From the NCBI GenBank assembly GCA_002633005.1, contig NMRA01000371.1:174159-238158 (forward strand): a stretch of DNA of 64,000 nt. Reading direction: 5' to 3'. This stretch comes from Phoronis australis. Its lineage: Eukaryota > Animalia > Phoronida. Positions 1 through 11,400 of the stretch are shown in pieces. The translations under genes and the position numbers were made by a program. The notes beneath the pieces are model-generated. The model did not search any database and was not told the DNA's origin. It saw nothing but the letters and a program-made list of their open reading frames with translations. Numbering within the stretch: the stretch's first letter is position 1; the number at the start of each line of letters is the position of its first letter.

Positions 1-1035
1 CACCCATATTTTTCATTTATTTGTCCAACCCATAATCCATAATTTTTTAATTATTTGTAATAGGTTAAAATATAAATACCAACACTTGCAAACAAATTGC
101 CTCCAGGAGGACCTGTTAATAACTTAGATGATTGACAGACAAGAACTAGTTGTCTTGTCCAATATTGTCAAAAACTAAAGTAACCTGTGAGCAATACTTT
201 TGGCAGCCACCAGGTATCTCTGTTCACCATGTGTCTATAATTTCAATGAACATTTTTTCAATTATAAGGGTCTATGAAACTCAAACTGTCTCCACGAACT
301 CTTTTCTACTTATATGTCAAGTGAATTTTGGAACTTGTTTATCTTACTCCTCATACTTTTTATTTAAAAATCATCAATTTTCTTATTATGTGTTAACACC
401 AGTTTAGTGTTGCATAACTTCAGTAGGACTGCAGACAAACAGTTGGCTCAAATCAAGTTGCCCATGACTTGATTAATGGCTTAGTGAACATATTGCACTC
501 TTTTCACTGGCAATATGGTTTTTTTTTGTATTGGGGATAAGTTAGATTTATGCCAATTGCATTTGTTTGAGTTTTGGCAGCTGAAGTAACCAACCTGTCA
601 ACATTAACAGGTCAAAAAATACCACCCATTTCTAATGCATCACTTCTTACAGGAACGACCACCCATAATTTGAGTTTTTTTCTGAAGACCACCACCCATG
701 AATTTTTATTTCTACTGCCGTCCCCCCCCCTCCCACATGGATTTTACTGGAACAGCACTTATTTATTTCCAGTTTCCTCTTTCTCATTATTTTGACTTAA
801 TTCAGGTTTGTAAATTTTTCTAACACATAAGGCAATTGATTTGTGGAATGATACGTAACTTGGAAAATTTTCCTCTTTTTGTCATTGGTCATTCCAAGCC
901 CTGTGTTGGAGAACTTTTTGTGAGAGTTGAGCTCAGTTATTTGTCTTTGTCAAAAAAATGTTGAAGATAAACAAGAATATCACATTCATATCACTTGACT
1001 GTGTATTCAATGATTGTTGGTGTGTATGCTTCTAG

Positions 1036-1142
1036 GTGTTCACGAGGTCATGATTACCCAGAATCCAGTTGTACACTGCTGTTTCCTGGCATGTACGCCC
1101 ACTTTAGTCTGGAACAAGCTCTGCATGATGAATATGACACAG
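1036..1142 (+). CDS. ZRSR2: ZRSR2 exon (end of zinc finger 1, start of UHM)
   Basis: ttctag|G TGT TCA CGA GGT CAT ... GAC ACA G|gtaggc; CSRGHDYPESSCTLLFPGMYAHFSLEQALHDEYDT. Confidence 0.9.
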
Positions 1143-4100
1143 GTAGGCATCTGATATATATAGGCATCTGACATACAAGTTGGCATCTGACATATACAAG
1201 TTGGCATCTGACATATACAAGTTGGCATCTGACATATACAGGCGGGCNNNNNNNNNNNNNNGGCATCTGACATATACAGGCGGGCATCTGACATATACAG
1301 GCGGGCATCTGACATATACAGGCGGGCATCTGACATATACAGGCGGGCATCTGACATATATGATACTCTTCTTGTGCTCACATCAGGGTTGTCTACTTTC
1401 TTTGTATCAATGTTGGTTATTTGTTTTAACCACTATTTTTGGATTTGCATAAGTTGGATCTTTGTTTAATTTGGAAAAAGTTCCATGGATTTTCTAGTTT
1501 GTACACGAGGCTCTTCATATAAGTTGGATTTCACCTTTACTTGCCCAAAATCCCTTGATCTGTTTGGAGCTGACTTGTGGAGTCTTTGTCTGTATTGTTA
1601 TCACCCAACAAGAACTTGTCGCATGGCATTGTTGATTTCTTGGTGGCTTCTGCTACCAACTTGTAAAGCTCTGGAATTTCACATTCTCTCCCCCTCCCTC
1701 TCCCCCTCCCTCTCCCTCTCCCCCTCCCTCTCCCCCTTCATCCTTCCTACCTTTCCACCCGTACCTGCCTCTCTCCCCCCTGCTGGTATGACGTCATGAC
1801 GAGGGTTGGCGAATCTGATTTAGTCAGCGAATGTGATTGGTTGACTAAGTCTCAATATACGATCGTAAGAAGTGTCTAGATGGAAAAGCTCCGAGCTTTC
1901 ATTTGTTTAACGATCACCTGCTGTCCTGATATGATCCATATGATGAATCAATTGGAATCTATGTCCAAGACTTGGTGCACTTGTATAAATGGCTTCTATC
2001 TCCTACAAAAGCCTCTTGAGTTAAAGATTGTCAAGTTTAGTTTGACTTGTTTGTTTCTGTTACAGATTTCAACCTTGAGTATGAAGACACTGAAATGAGG
2101 AAACACTTTGATGACTTCTATCGGGACATTGTTCCTGAGTTCAAAAAGATAGGTCAGGTGCTACAGGTAAAGGTGTGTCGAAACTATGAACCACACCTGA
2201 GGGGCAACGTCTACATACAGTATCGCAGGTGAGAGTTTGGGATTATTATTTTGATATCACATGCTTCAAAAATCTTCAGAAGCAAATTCCTGGCATTCAG
2301 CTGTTCAACTTCATGGCTCACATATATTATTTTATTTACATTAGGTGTGATCTTTAAAATTTAATCAAATCTGTTCAAATCATGTTAGATTTTATGGTAG
2401 GTTCAGTCAAGTCTCTCTCCCATTTCTTTGCACTAAGTTATATTGGAACAAATGAATGTGCAGGACAGAACCTAAGTCTTGTATCTATGACAACAACTAT
2501 GTGAGTGTAAGGTCAAATGGATGTTCTTGACATTAGTCACCTGATTTCCTGTTGTGTGGAATATTGTAATCACTGTCTGTGTTTGTATAGGCCAGAGGAA
2601 GCTGATGAAGCATTTGTCAAGTTCAACGCTCGCTGGTATGGAGGACGCCAGCTCAACTGTCAGTATACACATGTAGATAACTGGAAGGCTGCTATTTGTG
2701 GTAAGTCATACAAAGCCGGGTCCTGCTTTTTACAAAAGGGAGGTTCAACTAAAACATTAAGAGAATTCCATGTCACCAGTAATGATTAGAAAACCTATAC
2801 TGATCTCATGTGGCTAGTGGTCTGTAGAAATGAAAAAATAGAATTTGTCAATTCCCCAGTGGTTTGTATTTGCAGCTCTAGCTAATGAGGAAGTTGCGGA
2901 CCCCAAACCCCAGGCACAGGTACTTAGGTCAAGCTGAAACCATAAATTTCAAACTGGAATAAATCCAGTGAGCCGTGGCGAATCATCCTGTTCAAGCACT
3001 CAATGAACAAACACTGTGGTGTTATTTTGTGTAATTAGGATCACTAAGTCGCCATATTAAACGACCAAAACAAAGGGTTCCACCCCAGAACATTATCTAA
3101 AACACCACTCTTCAAATGTAGCACTGCATCTGACATGAATAATTGGATTGTAATTAGTTCAAAAGGTCAAACCATTTTAAGTTGTGGCAGGAGGGTTATT
3201 CACTTTGAAAAATTAAGAATTTGGAAAAGATACTGACTGTTGAATGAGGTGCCTCGAGTACTGTTGAATGAGGTGTCTTGAGTACTGTTGAATGAGGTGC
3301 CTTGAGTACTGTTGAATGAGGTGTCTTGAGTACTGTTGAATGAGGTGTCTTGAGTACTGTTGAATGAGGTGTCTCTACTACTGTTGAATGAGGTGCATTG
3401 AGTACTGTTGAATGAGGTGCCTTGAGTACTACAGCAGTGACTCATCCTTACTGGTAAACTGAAAAGTACCCCATATGGACCTACTTTATTCAAGGTTGAA
3501 TACTAAGCTTGCACAACCTTGCTAGTAACCAGGTACTGTCGAAGTTTATTGTCGCTAATGAATGAGCCATGGGATATGTTTATTTTTATTGCCCGTTGAT
3601 TAGAAGATTAGACTGTGTTATGCAAGTTGCTTAAGGCAGTCAGCTTGAATTACACTGCTACTGACCAAGAGGTCTATTTAGCCTTGCAATCGTCTGTATA
3701 AAAGGAGTAAGGAAGTTCAAGGTTGGTGATAACTATCAAATAATGGGATGTACCATTCAGTTTGTCTTAAGGTGGTCAAAGGGAGCTGTGTAGAGTAGTG
3801 GATTGATCTTCATGTGAAGGATGTCCTGGCAAAAGAAGGCTTAATTTTTCAAAAAATTTGAAATAGCAAATTAAGACTGAAGAAATGTACATAACAAGTG
3901 TTTTCCTGCTGTCGTAGGGTTTTTCTGTTACGGTTCATTATACCATTGTATCCTCTGAACAACACTGAAGAACTGTGCAGCCTCTTATGCATCATAAAAA
4001 GTGCTTGTTCATTTCAGGTTTGTATTTTTCGAAAAGATGTCCGAAAGGAAAAAGTTGTAACTTTCTCCATGTTTTTCGAAATCCTGGCAATGAGTTTGGT

Positions 4101-4613
4101 AACTATGGACAGTTTAACCGCGGCCATAATAACCATCATGGAAACAGAAACTATAATGACATTAACCGGGAAAGACGACCTAGTGCACGAAGGTCACGAT
4201 CTAGGGAAAGGTCAAGTAAGAGGAGGTCGCGATCAAGATCTCGAGAGAAATCACGACGGAGAGAAAACTCTGTTGAAAGATCACGGAGGTCACGGTCGAG
4301 ATCCAAAGACAGGTCACGCTCAAGGAGCAGAGAACACTCTAGGAGGAGGATAAAGGTTAGTGGTCATAGGTCACGACACAGGTCACGATCAAGATCAAGG
4401 GAGAGGGAGAAAACTCCAGATTGTGATGGTAATGGTGACAATTCGGATGGTAGCTCTGATAGCTACAGGAAGAGGAAAACAAAAAAGAAACACAAGAAAC
4501 ATAAAAAACACAGTAAGAAAGGTAGTCCTGTTGTGAAAGACAAAGAAAACTCACTCACAAAACATGAAATTGAAACTGCACCACAAAGTGAAAATGAGGA
4601 CAAAGTGACGTAA
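1036..4613 (+). CDS. ZRSR2: U2 snRNP auxiliary factor 35 kDa subunit-related protein (CCCH-UHM-CCCH-RS), 5'-partial, 4 coding exons in window
   Basis: Exons 1036-1142, 2066-2228, 2591-2700 and 4018-4613 join in frame via GT-AG introns. Translation CSRGHDYP...FDDFYRDIVPEFKKIGQVLQVKVCRNYEPHLRGNVYIQY...FNARWYGGRQLNCQY...WKAAICG...CPKGKSCNFLHVFRNPGNEF plus an RS-rich tail matches recalled ZRSR2 motifs. Confidence 0.95.
1146..1360. repeat. 21-bp minisatellite (GGCATCTGACATATACAGGCG) spanning an N gap at 1248-1261
   Basis: Direct tandem copies; starts 3 nt inside the ZRSR2 intron. Confidence 0.95.
1685..1737. repeat. CT-rich low-complexity repeat
   Basis: (CTCTCCCCCTCC)n-like. Confidence 0.85.
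2066..2228 (+). CDS. ZRSR2: ZRSR2 exon (UHM/RRM)
   Basis: ttacag|AT TTC ... CGC AG|gtgaga; FNLEYEDTEMRKHFDDFYRDIVPEFKKIG...HLRGNVYIQYR. Confidence 0.93.
2591..2700 (+). CDS. ZRSR2: ZRSR2 exon (end of UHM)
   Basis: gtatag|G CCA GAG ... TGT G|gtaagt; PEEADEAFVKFNARWYGGRQLNCQYTHVDNWKAAIC. Confidence 0.93.
3236..3430. repeat. 24-bp minisatellite (GAGTACTGTTGAATGAGGTGTCTT), ~8 copies
   Basis: Direct tandem copies. Confidence 0.95.
4018..4613 (+). CDS. ZRSR2: ZRSR2 last coding exon (zinc finger 2, RS domain, Lys-rich tail)
   Basis: tttcag|GT TTG TAT...; CPKGKSCNFLH then RSRSRSR repeats; TAA ends at 4613. Confidence 0.93.
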
Positions 4614-5099
4614 AGAGATAGGGACATTGTGGAATTCTTGTTAAACCATGTAGTGATGACAAACAGGTGGGGTACATGATGAGGTGGTCTTAGGATGTTA
4701 ACCAAGGTGAAATCTCTGCTAAATGAGTAAACATCCTCTCATGAAGACTGCAATTTCACGCATTTTTGGTGTTAGTAATGACATTGTCAGATTTTAGACG
4801 GTATTAACACACATTCTTCCAGGACTGCAGGTTTATAGTGAACCAAAGTTGGTCATCCCAGTGGTTAGCAGGGAACGTGGGATTGTGAGGTCTATGGCCG
4901 AAGTCATTTTGGTTCTTGACAAAATGGTGTTGAAATCTTCTCCACCTGTGTTGTCATTAATTGGTCACAAATTTTATGGTTGATAGCTCTGACAAGAGAA
5001 AACAATTACTTAATTTTTAATTTTAATTTAGGCCTTAATCACAGTGGTCACATATTTGATTTGTTGACTTGTTGAAAGGAGTGACGACTTATGGTAAAG

Positions 5100-5240
5100 T
5101 TGCGCCATTTTCAAATTCCAAAGGAACAAATTCATTTTTGGACTAATCTTGCTGGACAAAACTTTTGTAGTGTCTGAATTTGATGGATCTCCAAAATTTG
5201 CCTTTTCACTGTTGTCTGAATTTGGTGAGATAAATCTCAA
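5100..5240 (+). repeat. Dispersed repeat fragment; a reverse-complement copy lies at ~37695-37815
   Basis: CCAAAATTTGCCTTTTCACTGTTGTCTGAATTTGGTGAG here versus CTCACCAAATTTGGACAACATTGAAAAGGCAAATTTTGG at ~37701. Confidence 0.75.
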
Positions 5241-6604
5241 ATAATTTTAAGTTGACATGTGTATGAGGAGGAGAGATTCGTTTGTCGACAAGACGTATTT
5301 TTGTCTCATGCAAAAGAGAAAAGAATTGTTAATATGTACACTTGATTTTTCGCCTGCTGAACCCATTCGTGTCACTCAAACCTGGACAATATTTGCCTGA
5401 TACTTGTTTCTGGCAGCCCTTATCAGGTTTTGTTGAAACAATTCCCATCAATTGTTTCTGCCTCGCGTACTGCACAAAATGAACATAATGCTTCAAAGGT
5501 GCTGTGATGGAAATATTCCGGTAAACCACATGATGAAAAGCTGTGAGTAAAGCGTGGAATATCCTCGTCACTTATGTCAATTTTATACTTGTGGAGTTAG
5601 TCTTAAAGCCATTTCTAGTCTCTTAAGGTTACTAGCGTGTGTATGATGTGAAGATGCGACATCGAAAGAATAGTTTTATGCAGCCAGTTACATACTATAT
5701 ACACCTTCATAATGTACTAGTGGTCGTATATTGCTATCATGTCTGTCCGGTGTTCGCAGCTGTATCTCCCAAACCCCTTGAAGAAACTCTGCGAAATTTG
5801 GCTAGTATTTTGCCAATGAACACGATAGTGGATGATGATTTTTGAATTGATCCAATTGTGATTTTGTCTTCTTGTAAATGTTTTTACGTTTGTCTCTTAA
5901 TCTTTCGAGTTCCTCAATGAATTTTCATGAAATTTGTCAAATAAGTACGTGTTAAGATCACGACTTTGCATTTTTGGATAGATTTGACATATTCTACTCA
6001 ACAAAGTGTCCCAGTCTGTTTATTTGGCGTCCTGTCTGACTACTAAACTGCTAAAAAATTGGTGTAGCATGACTGAGCTTTTAGGACGGTCCAGCTACTG
6101 TAGCACCCCTGGTCGCACTTTTTGCGTCTGCTGCTGTATCCCGTTGTGGGATCTTTGTGAAATTTGCCAAGTGAATTCCAGTGAATGTAACAGCAGGTGA
6201 TGACTTGAGACATTTCCAACTACAGCTATGCCCCCAAGTGACCATTTTATTTATTTTCATTTCTTCTGTATCTTTAGATTTCCTTTGACAGATTTTTATG
6301 AAATTTGGCCAATAGGTTTCAGTTTTGACAACTTTATTTTCGGACAGATTCGACATTTTCTACGTCACCATTTCAGTTATGAAGTTGTCAGTGTTTGCCC
6401 CTCCTTCTGCCAAACCACTCTAAGCATCATGAAAATTGAAAAATGGTTTTTACTCTTAAGGGTACAGCTGACGTTAGTTTTTGGATGAGTACTGTGGACC
6501 TCCACAGTGTCATTTTTTTTGTGACTCAATAACTACCAAGTTACTTGATGGATCTTTGTAAAATTTTGTATATGTTCCTATTCACATAGATTTTGGTAGT
6601 CCAT

Positions 6605-7544
6605 AGGCGGATTTAGGGGGGGGCCTTGGCTGCTGCAAAAAAATAAAACAGCAAGAGCGTACTAGGGAAATGTTGAGTTTATTAATTAACCCCGGTAATT
6701 AAAATTATACGGCTAAAACAAGATTTAAATGTGTGCAATTTTAGTGTTGGGGGGGGGGGGGATTCAATTTCAAGTGTCAAATTCGGAACACGACGCAATC
6801 GTAACGGAACTATGGCGAAGTATAGGCTCTCCCGCGATATCTCAGGCGACCGGCAGTGGCTCTGGGCACTACGACTCCGTTTCCGTCGTCTGCTCCACTT
6901 TGCAATGAAGAAAATTACTTCATTTTTTTAAAGAAAATGGAATCTGAGTGATGGTGAAAAAACAGAAGCTGCTGGTAAGATGTCAATTTTAATCAAAGCC
7001 TTAGTGAATCACTCAGAAACTCATAATTCTCTTTGTCGAACCTTAACTTAAGACGATTTCCAAAGCAATCGCGTCATTATTGCCAACACAAAAAACGTAT
7101 TTGGTCTTTTGGACAATTGAAGACTATTTTAAATACAACAAATTTCTTACGAACTGATTGCACAAAATATAAAACATGTAATAAGCATTACAAAAAGGAG
7201 GTTTCGCGTGCAAACGCTGTGGACCATAATCAAGGTCTCTTAGTATTAAATTAGGAGTTAAGTTATGGTGGTGCAGTGGTAAAGCATGGCTCTATATCCG
7301 CCAGGTCGTGAGTTCGAGTCTGCTACTTGCAGTTTTTCCTGGTTGACTCCATCGTGTTTTTTTTTGCCTTTTTTGCTCGGATAATACTTCGGGAATCGAG
7401 GAAAATGTTTGATTTTTAGAGGAAAAAAACGAAAAATTTCTTGGGCGGGAGCGGAGTTTGCCTCCCCCCATTCGGTGCTATACGCATCTACAATCATGCT
7501 TTGAGCAAAATGTTGGCCCCCCCCTTGTGATATCCTAGATCCGC
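6605..7544. mobile_element. Putative non-autonomous TIR element with G-run termini, containing a tRNA-like fragment
   Basis: Left end GCGGATTTAGG+G-run+CC; right end, reverse-complemented, GCGGATCTAGG...G-run+CC; CpG-richer interior. Confidence 0.55.
7262..7338 (+). pseudogene. tRNA-derived (SINE-head-like) sequence
   Basis: A-box TGGTGCAGTGG 7269-7279 and B-box GAGTTCGAGTC 7310-7320 at tRNA spacing, followed by TTTTT; acceptor and anticodon stems look degenerate. Confidence 0.6.
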
Positions 7545-8409
7545 AGTTTTGTTTTTCTTTGTTCACTTCAATATGTTTTCATTATTTTTGTGTTTTTGTT
7601 GTTGGCCTCTCTTTCTGCTAAAGCCCTTGAAAAATCATAATGAAAGGTGTATTCCTATTGAGGAGAGCATAGTAGAGTCCTTGCCTTGCACCCTTTAAAG
7701 GCTGATATTGATCCGTCTAGTGGTTATGTTTAAAATAAGAGATAATCTTTTGTATCTTGACTGTATGTTATGCACATGGTTGCGTGCATGTCAATGTTGC
7801 TGCGAAAGTAGTTAAGATGATGTTTTGTAATACATTGTGTTTATTTTCTACTTGCCTTGTAGAGTTCAAAACAAGGATTAAATCATTTACATATTACTAA
7901 AAATTGGAACCCAATTCATCCATATCATCATATTGACAACTATCATTATACTTAAATCCCATAAGAATATCTTTGTTTACTTACACAAAATTTTCTTTTA
8001 TTTCCCAAACCTTCCTAAGGATGGCAGTGCAATCACTCACATTCAGTTACAACAAAGTATCGTCTCATTCAACACAAACACATGACATAACTACAAACAC
8101 ATGCTGATGTGAATTACAATAAAGAATATGCAAAAGTAAATCCTAAAAGGTCACATAACAAATTTCTCCTGCACCCGAGATCTACTTTTATATGCGCCCG
8201 GACTTAAGAAATTAGTGTGTACAACATTTGTTCAAACCAAACAAATGAAACTTTATATGTTCAGCCATATTGAAAAAAAATCAAGCGCGTTTCAAAAGGT
8301 GGGTGTTAGTTACAAAAGACTGCACACGCACACACTGATCATACAGGAGCAGTTGGTTACCATGACAACAACAAGTGCGGGTGACCACGGCAACAGTTTA
8401 TCCATAGTG

Positions 8410-8463
8410 TTAACTGGAAGTAAATCCCAACTCTTCCAATATTCCCTTTGGTTCCTCCGACTC
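8410..8463 (-). CDS. AP1S2: AP1S terminal exon 5b ([17 protein letters not shown])
   Basis: tttgttttaaccctcag|GAG TCG GAG GAA CCA AAG GGA ATA TTG GAA GAG TTG GGA TTT ACT TCC AGT TAA; resembles vertebrate EAETPRSVLEEIGLT; AATAAA on the minus strand at ~8002-7997. Confidence 0.85.
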   Translation of the reverse strand, partial: ESEEPKGILEELGFTSS

Positions 8464-11400
8464 CTGAGGGTTAAAACAAAACATATTCAGTGAGGTTTTA
8501 CCAATGCCAAATCTTGACAAGGCCAAGCTAGCAACCCCAGGGTCAAGCATTGCAGTACACCTTTACTTTTTAAGTATTTCTAACTTTAATGTTCCTTAAT
8601 GATACTAAACCGGCTGACACGATTGAGACGAAACATGCATTTGCTTTTGAGTCTGTGGTCCGTTTCATGAAAAGTTGACTTAAGACAGAGATTCAGTCTT
8701 GCACTACACACAATTATTTCTTAAAACAACTAAAACAATCTCACCTGAACAAAAAATGCCAAGTCACTGAGAATGTACACATGACTGCAAGCTATTGAGA
8801 TAATTTGTATAATTTTTTCTAGATTGAGACCCGCTCCTTAATTACTTGGCTAAACTTTATCCAGTAACTGAAGAGGGAGTGTAGTACCAAATTTCTGTCA
8901 AAGTCTCGAGTCACTTTCTTGAAATGGACCCCCCCATACTGGAATTCAATTTTTGTCCTCACAAGTTCAAAAACTGGAATTGACATGGAGAGGTAAAACC
9001 ACTTCATACTTCTCCAATAGCAGCGAACACAATGCATAAAAATAATCACAGATGCAGAGACATGACCTTGACATGACCTTGAGGTTTACCGCTGGGTACG
9101 AAAATAAGACTAGTTACAACACTTGAATGTGTGAAAATCCAACAAGATGGATTCTCACCAATCATTTTGTTAGAAAATAAGCTGTTGTGTTCAGTTCTGC
9201 TAGAAGTGAAATGATTAAAATGAAGCTGTTACATTGATAAAGGACAGTTTTTTTCTGGCCTTGAAAACACTTCCATTAAAGTTACAAGTAAGTTTTTTAA
9301 AAAGTATCATTTGAGTGCATTTCAACAGAGTGTTACAGAAGGAAACCATTTCATGCAAAATTGTTAGTAGAGGTTGGACTGATACAGTGCAAGGAGAAAA
9401 TAGGTCACTGATTGGGTATGAGTTGAGGCAATTCATGTACAGCCAACATCCAGTTAACAGCTGATGCGGACTGTTACAGTCCATGTCCTAGTAGGTAATA
9501 GTACATTTTAATATCCCTCAGAAAAAGAAAAATTTTCTTCATTGGGCAATTTTGTGTAGCACAATTGTGAAAAAATAATATTTGGAAAAAATGTTCATTT
9601 TATGTGTTTTGCCAACAATTTTACCCAGTCAGAGAAACATGCAAGAAGGAAAAACATAACACGACTGAAAGAAAACAGAAAGTATGATAAAAATCATCGC
9701 AATAATCCCAATCCTAAAAAGAGCAAAAATGAGAAATTAGAAACGCAGCAGAGCACAAAACAAGACAGACATAAATAAAACTATAGGTAGTTAAATGTAT
9801 ACAAAACAACGGGGTTTGGTGATTGTTAAAGCCAACTTGATAAAACCAGCATGGAGTGCTATTGAATGGAACTCTTATCATGAGCTGAAAATGCAGCTCA
9901 CTTGAAATAACACAAAGCACTGAGTATTGATAAGAGATGCAATACAACCTCCATTATCAATTCCTATTAGCTACATAATGGTTGTAAAATACAAATATGG
10001 ACAGATTCCGAAGGGAAAATCAGGTTATAAATATGCTGTCCCACTGTCCATATAATCTGATATACCAGACGGATCAGTGTCATGTGACCACTGATGCAGT
10101 CTTCCTCTGGTATCTTCATCTATCAGACTGACATGTCTTTACATGTTTTCATGTACTGCACTGTCTACTCACTTTGTTTACACAATCCACAGATTTCCGC
10201 AGCGTGTAACTTAACAAATCAAGAAGCGCGACATCTGACACAAGGAGCTGTTTGAATGAAAAGTGATATAACTTGGCTATCCGAGCAACATCACGTCATA
10301 TCGGAAATCATGGTACTGTGTTTTACCCAACCAGAGGAATGGAGAATCAGTGGGCATATACGGTAATAATAAAACGTATTCCCAGGTTGTTTTAAAAGAT
10401 CAGTTTTCCTTTTCAAAATAATACTGAGGTAGTAGTTTACTGAAGCTCCCCCTGGAGGTAAAACTGACAACATATTTCTAATAGCGGAGTATTTTTACAA
10501 ACGCTGAATAATACAGAGACATGTTATTCATTCAATTCCAATTAAAATGGAAAGTCTTCATCGATATAATTTAATATTGGGCATCACAAAATGTTAAAAC
10601 ACAATATGTTGTATTCAAAACCTCATGAAAGCAACACAGCTCCAAAATATTTAAAATCTTATCCATAAAAAATGTAATGCACGTCTAAACAATTCTCAAT
10701 ATTGAAAATTTTGCATAACAATGTAATGAAAGTGAGAACAATTTTCTACCGGTAGGAAATTGTTCCAGGCACTAGTTGTACCCACTGTCTAAAAGTGGTA
10801 AATATAAGACTATGGTCATTACCCAGCACATAGGAGACAACCTGATAACCCGTGGCCAGGCAACCATTTTACGGTAGAGACAACAGCCCAAGCAGGGCAG
10901 GCATATATTTTACAAAAATCAAATGCTTGATAATAAGTCACAATGATTGAGCGATGGGGTTTACGTCGTATCAGGAATTGATCTTACGACTTATGACTAA
11001 CAGCAAGTTCCCAGTGGGACGTTGTATACACAAGTTTGTCGTTTACAAACACACTCGGCCATAGATGGGAAAGTGTATCTCCTAGTAAAGGCGAATTCTC
11101 ACAAAATCAATACAACACAGAAACATCTTAGCGTAAATACATCTTTTCTAAAAACTTCCCTAGTGTTGGACAATAAATAAATTTCCAGGCTCGAAACTGA
11201 ACTTAACCCCACATCGTTTCAAAAAGCAACCACACGTAAACGGCGCACACAGATATTTATGGTTTATTACAACCCTTTTCATCTACACAACTGAAACTAA
11301 GAAAGCTTTGGCGATGAAACATGAAATAATGTAGTTGACTAACTAAAGCAAAGTAACAGACTATTTGACTACAGTAAACCAGCATGCAATCAGTTGATCA

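Noticed and set aside
1040-1452. Repetitive ORFs (MSDARLY..., CICQMP...) here and similar ORFs at 3200, 16639, 25327, 51068, 55878, 57790 and 60440
   Set aside because: They are translations of intronic minisatellites, not genes.
7262-7338. Functional tRNA gene
   Set aside because: Acceptor and anticodon stems do not pair convincingly, so it is kept only as a tRNA-derived fragment.
8739-8760. ttttttgttcag|gtgaga on the minus strand (possible ratchet point or VRLF* exon)
   Set aside because: Only ~280 nt from the final acceptor and no other support; probably chance.
10988-10996. 9-nt AG..GT segment in the AP1S intron (ttgctgttag|TCATAAGTC|gtaaga), the same size as the vertebrate microexon
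   Set aside because: In-frame TAA, poor pyrimidine tract, and it lies downstream of exon 5a.
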